This document shows, in pieces, positions 40,901-53,021 of a stretch of 64,000 bases of DNA (position 1 is its first letter; every line of letters begins with the position of its first letter). The stretch spans positions 64,604,001-64,668,000 of the forward strand of contig OZ320319.1 in the NCBI GenBank assembly GCA_976226885.1, written 5' to 3'. The notes below the pieces were generated by a model. It worked only from the letters and a program-made list of their open reading frames with translations, was not told the DNA's origin and made no database searches. The DNA is from Iphione sp. A-MEVVRFRX5 (Eukaryota). The translations under genes and the position numbers were made by a program.

Positions 40901-41017
40901 TTAGTCAGAGAGAGTGTTACACTGTCAACTGGCTGTGTGTTCAGATGAGCCCCTCTCCATTGTCTGTAATGACCTTGATGTCAGGCCGCCCGTGCTGCCC
41001 TTCCCCGTCCTTTGGTC

Positions 41018-41031
41018 GCGCCATCTGGCGG
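41018..41031 (-). promoter_or_regulatory. CTCF-like core CCGCCAGATGGCGC
   Basis: Matches CCDSYAGRKGGCRS at every position on the minus strand. Confidence 0.45.
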
Positions 41032-44000
41032 GTTGGTGACGGGTGAGAAACAGTACTACCCCCCTTCTGGACCTCCCCTGCCCACCCGCCGCCCCCAGCA
41101 AAAGCTTGGACTCTGGGCTGTCAGCTCGAACAGCGGCGGAAACAAAGGCTCTGTAATTGATCCTAGTTTGCATTTTTATTGGCATACTGTTGTCCTCAAC
41201 CGCCTGGCCCGACTCTTGAACATTATCTCCTTCCTTCATCCCTGGCTTGCTTTATTCCAACACCCTTCAAACTGTCATGTCGTGTGCCTGAATTGCCAAC
41301 AACTGTCAAAGAACAGCTCCAACGTGGTCCAACACCGTCCATGCCGGAGAAAAAAATAATGCCCAAACACAGGGATGAAATTAATTTCTTAAATGAAACG
41401 AATAAAATCTCCAATGCAAATAGCACGAGTACCATTTGCATCTCTTGATAGTCAAGTGGCAATTGCTTTTTATGCGGACAGTTTCATCAAAAACAAACGG
41501 AAAAGATTCCAACGGTTCAAGGGACAATGGAAAGGGAAGATTCAAGGCAAGAAGGTAAGGACAGCAAACCTGCGACTGTCCGATATCAATATGAAATGCA
41601 AATAGCAGATGGTGTTTCAATTTTATAACGCTATATCATGCATATGCAAGATTCTATCGTGGTGATTAAATTGTCTGGAGCGACCGGCTCGGCCGAGGAG
41701 CGTGGTGATATGAATATGTGATAAGGCTGTAGGAGATGACAATGTGATCCAGTTCAGTGTAAGGGAGTCGGGGGTGTTCTAACAGTCAGAGTACGATCAC
41801 CAGCAAGGAATAGGGGTCACAGCGTCCGGCGGCTGTTTCCCAATGCCACGGCTAATTGATAAAAATGGACCCGGCTCTCTGCACTCAGACCAGAAGACAT
41901 GAAAATAAAAAGCGGTGCACACACTTTAACAATACACCATATTCGACCAACACACAGCACTGAATACAAGTCGATCTATCGCTGGCAAAGTACTTTCGGA
42001 TAAATACTAACAGAAGGTGTATGGTCCTTATTGGTTTAAACCTCCAGTATAGCGTGTTTACCTTTGGTGGGAAAATATATAGTACTGGCCTTGCTAGCAG
42101 ACTCTACCCAGAAGCCCTGTGCAAGTCATCGGCTGGTACTAACTCAATAACGGCGATACGTTTCAAACATCATTCCACTCTATCAGAGGTAAAGTAACCA
42201 TAAAAATGAGGGCGTTCAATGTAATTACAATTGATTAAAAGTGGGGTAGGCAGTGTGGCGCAAGTGGCCACGGTGGGCGGGGATAAAACGCACCGCTGAT
42301 GTGCAATTTACATTAGGTGGGCCGGGACAACGGTGGGCCGGGGTCGGACTGGCACCTGTCAGGCATGTGGTCTTTGACATGGGTTCTCCTGTAGGCATCT
42401 GGTTCTACGTTAGGCGTTTTTTGTAGCTCGATCTGAGTCAGTTGTCACTGGTTCTTTTCACTGCCATGAGGAGACTACAGACTGTCTTCGGTGGTGATTT
42501 GATTCAGATCTATAACAATATTCATTTTTTTCATCAATGCATTCTTCTCTGTTCAAACGGTCCGTTTTACCTCTTTAAAAACATGTGCTTTCGATGGGTG
42601 TCCTATTTCTCTGTATTATACAATGAAGATGTATCGATTTATAAAGGCCTGCAGCATACCTTCTAGTGGACCCATATTCCGTAAATATCATTTTAAGTTT
42701 CCAACGTATTCAACAGCTTAAATCCTAATTGAATATATCACAGTAAAAATCATATTATTGGAGATTTCTTTAGTCCTTCTACTCAGTCACAGACCCTGGT
42801 ATGAATGACAGAATCATTTAGTAAGGATCCCAGCTAAGCGTTTCCATCCTGGCCACTGAAGCCCTTCTGTTCTACTTAAGCATGGTTAAGTCTGAGAAAC
42901 TTAAGAGCTTAACACTGCCATACTTAACTGCTAAACAGTAGGCCATCAAGCGTTCGCTGTGCACAGAAAAGAAAGCCCCTGGTTTTCAGATAACGAGATA
43001 GCTTGGCTGCCAAGGGCGTACATCATTAGCCTGACGACGGGACACCGTCGCACGCATGCGCGGTCGACTGGCATTGTTCTAACGCTGTGTCGTTAATCAT
43101 GTTATTCCGGGAGCATCGCGCCGAAAGAAAACGGGCGCTGAATGGGCTGAAACGACGGCAAACGGGACAAAAATGGACCACATCATGATTGATGTAGATT
43201 GGTAGCATCAGCACGTCTCGACAATAGAATAGAAGGCATCCGAGTTAGCGAGACCGAGACGAATGCTTTGGAACACTGTCGGTAGTTGTGAGAATATCAC
43301 GTTTGTTAGCGTTGTGATTCTAAAAGCGCAGCAGCCTGACGATTCTATTACAATTTTCGGCATTGCATGAAGGGATAGAGTGTCAGCTATCCACGCCGTG
43401 TCGGTTTGGGTACACGGTCACATGATGTGACCTCTGCAAAGAGCCTGAAGCCACCGGAGAAGCCACTGGAGAAGAGCGGACGGAAGCCAGGAGCGCTGAC
43501 CCCTCTCACGCCAGGGCTGTTCCCGTGAGATCTCGTGCGTTCTCGCCTGGTCCGACGCAGCGCGAGATCAGAACTGTTTCTGCCCAAGGGAGGCGGGCAA
43601 GCGAAGGGAGGCGACGCACCGATAACCCAGTTGTCCATCTTTAGCGGCGCGATGATACGCCCTGCAGAGGGCGGGCCTCTCGAGAGCCTACCGAGGTTGG
43701 GGCGGCGGGTGGTGGAAAGAGAGGAGAAGCAAAAGGGGGTTACCTTGTTGGCGGAGGAGGACCAGCCGCCTACCAAATGTCTTCCCCCTGATGGTCTCCA
43801 GGGTGTGCCCGGAGGACCAAAGGCCGACTAGCCTAGACACCGCCAACATGGCGCCTATCCGCATCTACTTCAACCTTCAAAGCGGCCACTCGGTGTCTTC
43901 TGTAAGGCTCTATCAAGCCAAGGTTTTATGGAAACATATGTAATCACCGAGGAAGAAGAGAGTGTGTGGTTTGTATAAGGACCTTGATGGCTATACTTTT

Positions 44001-47000
44001 GTCCTATACATGTATAATACATGTGCAGCGTCATTAACCATACTAACAATATTTAGAATAATGCGTGCTGATAGCACATTGTTTTCGCGTTTCAACTTGA
44101 AGGAAACACAAGGGTTAACCCGTGTACAACCAACACATTGCAAGCAACACTCTGTGGCTGCCTGCAGCCGGTGGACTGACAGTCACTTAGCCTCGCCGTA
44201 TTTGTGCTAAGTAACGCGGAAGTATAATACCTCTCGGTCGGCAAAGTGCCGCTCCACAGTGCTCGGATGTGGTCGGCCGCCTCCGAAATAACAGAGTGCT
44301 TTATTAGAAGGGAATCATTAAATTAGTGGCAGCGAACGCGGGACGGAGCGCCGCCCGACGGCCAAATGTATCTGTCGGATGAGACCCGGCGTATGGTCGG
44401 TACCCGCGGGACCATCGTTCAAGCCTGCCCACCCTTTCATCCGCGCCCGGGTCCATGTTTTACTCCAATAAATTAAGACATGAAAGATCCTTTCGGTGGG
44501 CATCCATTTTCCATTGATCTTTTTAATACCTTTTACGCTGGCGGGAATTGGGAGGTAATGGGAGGACCCTGGCCTGTGTCCGGGAGTACGGCCGAGAGGG
44601 TCACGGCAGGAGGGGTACAGAGAAGGGAGGGCGGGGAGCTGAGGCTAAAGGCTTGTCGCGCTGTGCCGGGTTTTAGGCACTGAGAAACAAGGGATCAAGT
44701 CCCAGTCGACCGGTCTAGCACCTAGGCTTTGCTAGACGGGTACATATATACTGTAAAGTATACGATATCGAGAATGGTGTTGTACAAACACAATTGAGTG
44801 TCCATTCTGAAAAAAAGATAAATCAGTTCAAGAACCCATTCTAGACGTTGATGTCCTCTTGACAGGCTTCTTTTACAATTATGTATAATTATACATGGTA
44901 TGCTTTTTTAATCCCACCATGTTACTTGAAAGGTTAAATTCCAGTCGAGATATCTACTGGTTTCTGCTGGACCAGTAGATGAATGTACATGAATACACAA
45001 GGTGTATTTATACACCTTAGCTTGGTGAGGATCGGTCGCATGGTTATTATCGCACACAACATGGTGGTAGTTTCGGATCGGTCACTCCTAGCATGTATGA
45101 TGTGAGTAGCCCGCTGTATAGAAAGGTAAGGTGTACCGTTTGTCTCCTGCAAGCGGATAGAAGGCGGACTAACTGGGTCGTTGCCGCTGCCCGCGGTTGG
45201 CGCGCCGCCTCCTTAACGCCGCCTGGCGTCTTAATCAAAAGTCTCCTTGGGGCCGTCGCGCTGCCCTAGCAAGCTCTGAGGTTAGCGGAGGTCGTCGACT
45301 GCCTCCTAACAGGGTTGTCCTCCTGGGTCGCCACCTCCATCTCCCTAATGCTGACCATGACCCCTTCCTTCTGCTCTTGATGCTGCTGAAGGTTGGGCAA
45401 GAGAGGCAAAGGGGGAGGGGGACTTTTTCCCTCTCCTCTCTCAAATCCACCTACCAGGCCAGACGGATGCGGACACTGATGGAAGCGGACAGGTAGCGTC
45501 AGGCCTGACTGTGAGCCGCTCGACCCCGCCACTGGCGAGCAGCTAGCGCACCCTGGCGGCCATAGAGCACATCATACACACACCACTTGTAACGTCAGCT
45601 CCCGAACCGTACATCATCGTAACACCTGCTGCCGGGCTTTTCTGATCCTTGAGGCCAGGTAACCTCGATCCTGGTCTTAACTGGCCGCTCTGTCAGATTC
45701 TGTCGCTGTATGCCGTTTTGGGTCAAGGGCAACACGAGTAAAGCGGAGAGGGAAGAGAGATGGAGAGAAGGGGAGGTGAGCGAGAACAGTGCGTTCTACT
45801 GGCCGAATGGGGGAAGCTCGTCAATAATGCATCCAAGGGGACAAGCTGGCGCAGTAGCCGTCCAATCCTAATGGATGTACATTACAAACATCATTGATGA
45901 CCCGACGCCAGCCCTTGAAACTTATCAGATCAAGCCGCGGGTGAGTGGCATGAAGTCGGGGAGAGGGATCGCTCTCACAGCCTCCTCTTAGTATGGCCGA
46001 CTACATGTATATACGGTCTCACCTTCCTGGCGTTTGGCCATGTATACAAACCCCCATTCAGAGGTAGGGAAACAGAGAGGCTGGACAACAAATAAAATTC
46101 ATGTATTACACATCATGCATGTTCCTACAAAGCAGAATGATACTCGCATGTGCAGACTGAAATTCAGATAGAGATTGGAGCCTAGGTCAACACAAAAGTA
46201 CGTCAAAGTACATTAATTTTATGCGTAATGTGTACAAGTATAATGATATACTTGTAATATATCTATTATATATGTGTGTGCGTGTGTATCCTGGAAAAGG
46301 GGAAGATGATATCAACTGCCCCTGAATTGCTGGCATTACAAATTCATGTGTCATCTCCATGTTGACTGAGGTCAAAGAACGGAGAAGGTCTTCAGATTAT
46401 TCGTACAATTCACTTTCATTTGCTATGCATGTAGAACTCAGCAGTACTTAGCTTATCGGCTGAACACGTGGCTTTTATTATGTTGGAGTGGTCGCAAGAG
46501 GAAACCACGCTGTGTACGCAAGGCTTTCACTCCACACACATCTACTAGGCAATAGGAGTCAGCAGGACAATGGGGTTGTGGTCTTTCTTGTATGCAAATC
46601 AGTGAGCCTCGCGTTAGGTACGCGACAAAAATATATCGCCGGGCCCAAGGTTTGACGAGGAGATAAATGTGAGCTAGTGATGTTTTATTCGGTTGCCCTT
46701 AGTTGTCCTAGCTTAAAGCGGGACTATGATGATCGGGTCCTATCCAAACCCCCACCCTTCCTGCCCTTCGCCCGACCCTTCCCGTCCGGCCGCGTCTCCG
46801 GGGGCAGGTCGGCGGGACGCCGGCGTTCACACATATTGCACTTCCGGTCCCGGTGGAGGTAGCCGTCACCTGGCTCTCTGGCTGTCGGCCCTTTCCCCTG
46901 TCCCCTCCCTGGCCCATCCGTCACAACCCAGGAGCCCGGCCACGAGCCGCCTGGAGCGGCTCTCAAGGGACGGGCCCTGTCACCCTCGTGACACCAACCC

Positions 47001-48523
47001 CCACGCCGTTCACCGTCTAGCGCAGCACTCTTCCTCCAACGTTTTCATGTACATTTCATGACATTTTGTCCGCGTCGCTTGCACCGCCGCCCTTCGACGG
47101 ACGCTAGCGTTGAGGCTTTGTTCCTTGATTATCGCCCACCCCCCGGGGAATAGGCGCGCGTTCCCCAGGCGAACTTCCCCCGCGGACAGACGACATTTCG
47201 CACCTTCCTATTTGGCGCCAAAAATCCGTGGGATTTGAGGCGGCTTGGTGGTGGGAGCTCAAACAGTGTTCTCGGTAGGGGGCTTAGGCCTAACAAATGG
47301 AGACGATAAATGGAGAGCGTCACCCAACAGCGAAAACAAATGGAGAGCACAGGAAAGTTGTGGATGCGCATTATTTCAAGTCTGTCGAGTATGTTAATGT
47401 CGAGGCAAAAAGAAGAAAACCATCAATCTCTACATCCATGTAGTTTTTTTTCCACAAGATCATTGCAGACACCATTGCTTCATACTTAGGGTTTTCACAG
47501 CCCCTATACCTAGTACATTTGTGTCTTGCACCGCATCACAAGCTAGCCGCCACAGTAATATACATCAAGACATGTATTTGTACCTACTATGAAGCGTGGA
47601 AGAGGATTAAATGTCCAATTGCTTATTAATGTGAAGAGAAATATTTACATGTACTGCAGTTAGTAGAGACAAATTTCAGTGCAGTTCGCCTCCCCAAATG
47701 AAGTCGACTGTTTAGAGGAGTTTCATCTATTCAATTGACAGCTAGCCTAAATCCAACTTTAGTAACTACTCCCTAAGCCCAAACGAACCGACTTTGTAGC
47801 AGCGGTGGCAGCCAAGATTAAGGTTTATTAGAGCGTCCGAGTGGTGCCTTCTATAATGCATAGCGCGCAGTCCTTGTTGACTGCTTATCAATTATTTACG
47901 CCACTTCTATTCAGCGCTCCAGCCGGGGGCTCGCGCGCCGCGGCAAACAAGCGTTTCCGGATCCGCCGCCAGGATCACGGGGGTCGCCAGTGTTCAGTGG
48001 TGCGTGAATTACACACGTGTACGTGAGTGGGTTACGCGTGTATTGTAACGCTGGCGAACAAAACGGCCGAGAGAGAGCGGCACTGTTAATACAACACATT
48101 GCCTTGCTTGTGGGCCGCATTGGCCCTCTGTAAGCACGAAGACGTGGCCATGGCTCTCTATAGCTTTGATATGAGTGCTGTTGTACAGATATATATACTA
48201 ACCGGTGAACGGGGCACACATTAAAACGGAAAGAACTGTCGTTTCACTATGCTCCGTCGGCCTCTCGCACACGAGAGTGAAAACAAAACAGCGATAAGAC
48301 TGTTCATAAACGCATAGAGATCAAAACATTGCAAAATAAATTTACATGTTGATCGTTAGACAATAGTATGTCGGCAAGTGGGTCACATCATGAATTGCTC
48401 GAATTGCTCATTTGGAGTGACCCGTTTCAGGTAGTTGTTGCTGCTCCTCCTCGCTTCGATGAATATTTGACGGTGACGTTTAACATGAGAGCGGCGTTGC
48501 GGTACCCTGGGACTCGGCAGAAT

Positions 48524-48712
48524 TCCCCAGGGGACGAAGGGAAATGATAGCACATGATAAAGAGATTTGGCAGGCTGTAGCCGTGGTCCCAGTCCCAAGG
48601 GGCCAGGACCAACATCAAACATTTACTCCACTCACCTGTAATCAGCTCCCAACAAGGCTACCTTAACTGTCCTCTCGGTTAAAATTTAACGCCGCCCACG
48701 GGTCCCCAGGGG
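48524..48712. promoter_or_regulatory. Cluster of three COE/EBF-like sites (TCCCNNGGGG)
   Basis: TCCCCAGGGG 48524, TCCCAAGGGG 48593, TCCCCAGGGG 48703; each is one mismatch from TCCCNNGGGA. Confidence 0.4.
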
Positions 48713-50414
48713 GAACCTCGCAGTGTGCTGGTCCCAGGAGTGCAGTGTAAAATGTGCCGGGTGTCAGGTAAGTGAACACCATTGAGCCGTAACGGAATGG
48801 TGGCTGCTGAGCTAGCTATGCACTGATTGACTCGTGTTCGCAGGAACCTCTAGCTCTACAGGTGCTCCAGTGCACCGCCCTTTTCATGTACTACTATGCT
48901 CCACGCGCTCTAATGACCTCTTCATTCGGATACTTCGGTCACTGACAATGTTTTCACATGGGAGAAAGGTGACGATCTACTTTTGTCGTGAAAGCCGTAG
49001 TGTTTACCTATGTTAGCAAGGGGGTTCGGTAGCGGAGGTAGCTTAATGCCGACATGGAGGAGAACTTGCGTTCGTATTTTACTCGAACGTTTCTTTTGTT
49101 TGTCTTTTGGCTCGCCAGGGACCAAGTCGTGCAAACTACCTTGCCTCGGTGCCATCTAAGTGACAGGTAATTAAGACCTTGCAGGGTACTGCTCCGAGTA
49201 GTGTTTATATACCTGGTCTCACCTGTCCATCGTCCCGGACTTATCTAGATTGATTAACTCGGCAGTGTGACAAACTATCCATTACGCTCACCCCGCCGGT
49301 CGGCGGCCGCCAGACCCGGCCCGGCGCAAAGAAATCCCCCCGGATGTAGTTAACCATTGCTCCACCAGGGGGGATCGCCGGCCTAGTTACATCCGCTTAT
49401 ATCACAGGTCTTCAAAGGCAGTGACCCTCCGCCCCCCTCCACCTCCACCTCCTTCCCAAACTCCGCTCAACTTCAACCATTGCGTGGCGGCCAGTGCCCC
49501 ACACAGCCACACACCCGCCCACCCACCCACTGCACCCTAGTCCCACGTCTCATTTACATTCTAAACGCTTTCCGCTTTCAACTGTCTGTCAAGCACCCGG
49601 CGTTGGGTTCATCCTCGCTCTTCCAAAGGCAAATTGTCTCCCGTTCAGTTGAGCCGAGACACTATTGCGCGCAATTGAATGAGGAAACAATGCACAAATG
49701 CCTTACGAAGGTTGGCGTTCTTGTTTACCCCCCCCCCCTCTGCCCCCCCGTCTTCAACCATCTCCCCTCTTTACCACCGGTAGGGGTGTTTTTGCTGGCT
49801 GAGGGATGATCGCTCTTAGCCTCACCACTGCAGAAGAATAGGAGAAAGGAGACGGAAAATAATACATAACAGGGCAGACCACTCAAGAACTGAACCCCCG
49901 ACTGGGTATGATTTGTGGCGTATAAACCCAACATAATAAAGGTCCAGCTGTGACAGCACTCCCATGATGTCATCTTTCTTGGTTATGAAGAGGAGGTCCT
50001 CTTTTCTAACAGAGGTATTCGTTTCCCAATCCTCGTGCGGAATTTGCGATCTCAACTTTCGACAACGAGAGGAAAATTGACCGTCAACATCTTGGACACC
50101 GACATGAGTCTCCCGCCGTACACACCACCGGTACGTCCCGTCCTTCTGTCGGCTGAAAAGTTATTCGGCGAAAAAGGTTCGCTCGACTGACTGATTGACT
50201 GACAGACCAACGGGCTGACTGACCAACCAACGGACTGCCTGATTAAGGCATCGCTTGTGGGAGGCTCACCACACGTCCATCTTACGGACAAAGGCACTCT
50301 TCAGCCCGCTACTAATTGGCCGGTATCTGTGCCGCGCAGGCATGCTGCCAGTGGATTTGACAAGACGTCCATGGCAACAGACTAGACGTGAGTCTTGGTG
50401 AGTGTTTGTGTGTA

Positions 50415-50417
<3 letters not shown>

Positions 50418-50446
<29 letters not shown>
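50418..50446. repeat. (GT)n microsatellite
   Basis: Uninterrupted GT run read directly. Confidence 0.95.
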
Positions 50447-50450
<4 letters not shown>

Positions 50451-52537
50451 TGTTGAATTGTGATGCTGGGGTTCCTGTTGAGTACAAGAAAGTAACCAAA
50501 TACTGCTGGTTATTGGGAGGGTTAAGTTTAGTTACGCAATACTGCGGTGGGTATCAAGATATAGAAAGCCGTGCCCTCCAAATGCTTCTGATCTATTACC
50601 GTCCTTGTTTATAGCTACAGTTAAGTGACAGTTTCATCCGTGTAAACATCGAGATACCTACTCGTATTGGTGAATCTAACCGTCGGTTTGGTAAAAGATG
50701 CAACATTACAAATACCGTGAATCTAGACCTTGTGGGTCTATACCTATCCCGGCTGGCCCTATATTCTCTCTGTCCCTCGAACTGTCTACTGGGATGGTGT
50801 CTTTTTACACACATATACGCCTCCCCCATTAATTTCCCAAGAAAAACGTCCTCCTCCACCCTCCCTCCCCAGAGCGCCTCCTTCTTGTGTCCCCCCGTGC
50901 TCTCGGCATTCCCTTTAACCGTCGATAAGTACAAATTAATAGAGAAGGCGGGTTTTGTTGGAAAATTAGAAACTTCTTATCGGTAATTGGACTGTCAGTG
51001 GCGTGTGCTCGATAGGCCCTCGGGCTGTAATGGTATTTTCACGAGCTCATCTTTCACACCGGTCAACAAGGCTCTTCCCCCCACTGGAGGAGGGCGAGAC
51101 GAGTGGCGCTCTGGGGCTGTAGGGCCGACGTGGAGCCCGCCAAGGGTTGTTCTGGGACCTTCTGCTCAGTAATACCGTTGTTGGCCCGGTTTTTCGCCCG
51201 GCCTGTTCGAGGAGCAGTCCTCGTGTGGAAAAGAGGCTAAGAGGCCGAGTCTATGGGAATTAGTGGCTTCCAGGGGCAAATTAAACGACTGTGAGTAGAG
51301 ATAGGTAATCTTGGGGGTGGGCGACACTTTCAAATCTTCATCTCGATCCACGTTCTTTAGCTCCCCCAGACCACGCGATATCATACCGCAAGGCGAAACT
51401 GTACACTGTATGTACATAGAAATTTATAGTAAGTTTCTAGGGATACAGATATGTCCATGTACAGTTGCAAGTTTTTCTCTCTGCCTGGCCCACATACTAC
51501 CTTTCTGCAGCCATATTCTATATTACTAGGTATTTCAGTGACTATGCAAATATATCTATTCCATGGAGTTGCAAAATCTAGGCTTAATATCTCTCCTGTT
51601 GTGAGATGTAGGTTATTGTTGGCCTGGCGGTGTATCATCACATTATAATTCAGACGTCTGGCCTCGGTGAGGGCCCTCCAACAGAGACTTCTACCTCCAC
51701 CGTGGAGAAGGCGATAGTATGACAGGCCCAGCGTGGCGTTGATCAGGAATTAATTAACTAAGATAAACAAACGCCGCACGGGGCAACCATGTTTCTGGCA
51801 GTGCAGCGCGGCGGGGTGTCCATACCACCCGGTGCTGGAGATAATTGGGTCAGCTGGCAGGCGTATAGATTAGGAGAGAGGTCTGGATGTAGCAAGAGAT
51901 CACCGGCAAATGTTACATTTGTTCGCGTCTTTCAGTGCTTTTTTGCTTCAAGAACAAATGCAATATTCTTCTGTTTCTTGCACATGTCACATTGGGCAAT
52001 TGCAAAACACGTTTATTTTATCCAGCATAAGTTTCGTATCACATCTGTGCCCCCGTGTCGTGCATTTGGAAGAAAATAGTGTTAAACTAGTTAGAATTCA
52101 CTGGAGATTGGGAGTGTAGTATTTTTTTGAAACAAAATTTCCTTAACTCTCAAGATCAAGTAGCAAGATCTATATGGCGCCAGAACAACTGTATGATGAA
52201 CGCAGTATTTAGTACAAATATACTCACAGAGCTGTAGGTTGTCTGCATGGTGTGGGATACACTTCAGTGTTTCCCAACGCAATAAAAGCACCGCAATAAC
52301 ATAGCCTGCACAACAGGGAAAGGATACGCTGGGTCGGGTCCTAACCACGTGCTCCCAGTTATGATTTTGTCGACGCCCACTCAGAACGATGACAGGTGGC
52401 GCTCTCCCCTTTCAAAGGCAAGCCGATCCGGCTTCCACGCCTCTGGGAACTTTCTACATGGGGATGTTCAGGTGGTGAGCGACGGGTCCACTCTAAAACT
52501 GGGACCATTCTTCTATCGCTGAAATAGTGCGATGCCA

Positions 52538-52541
<4 letters not shown>

Positions 52542-52578
<37 letters not shown>

Positions 52579-52615
52579 CAGAGGGAGAGATGTGAGAGAG
52601 AGAGAGAGAGAGAGA
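52542..52615. repeat. Interrupted (GA)n microsatellite
   Basis: Pure runs at 52542-52576 and 52594-52615. Confidence 0.97.
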
Positions 52616-52944
52616 AAGAAACAGAGTCAGGGAGAAACAGAAGCAGTGGTTACGAAGGCAGGGGAAGAACACACAGGGGGAAAGCAAGGACAGAGCAGAC
52701 AGAAACGAGGGCGGGAGCATCGTATCATATCTCTTAGGAAATGCCCCTGTATTGGCCTAGCCTGTTATTAGTTCCATGTCTGAGACAGGTCGTCTAGAAT
52801 TTGCTGTTGTGTAAGGGCCTCTCCTGCCAACTATTTCGCTCAAGTCGTATTGCTCTTGGATTGGTCGCAATAACTCCAGGACATCGGTCTTCCTCGAACT
52901 GCTTACAACCCGCTTCTCTCAGCCCACCACCCCACCAGTAGTGG

Positions 52945-52946
<2 letters not shown>

Positions 52947-53019
<73 letters not shown>
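52947..53019. repeat. (TC)n microsatellite, about 36 units
   Basis: Uninterrupted TC run read directly. Confidence 0.97.
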
Positions 53020-53021
<2 letters not shown>

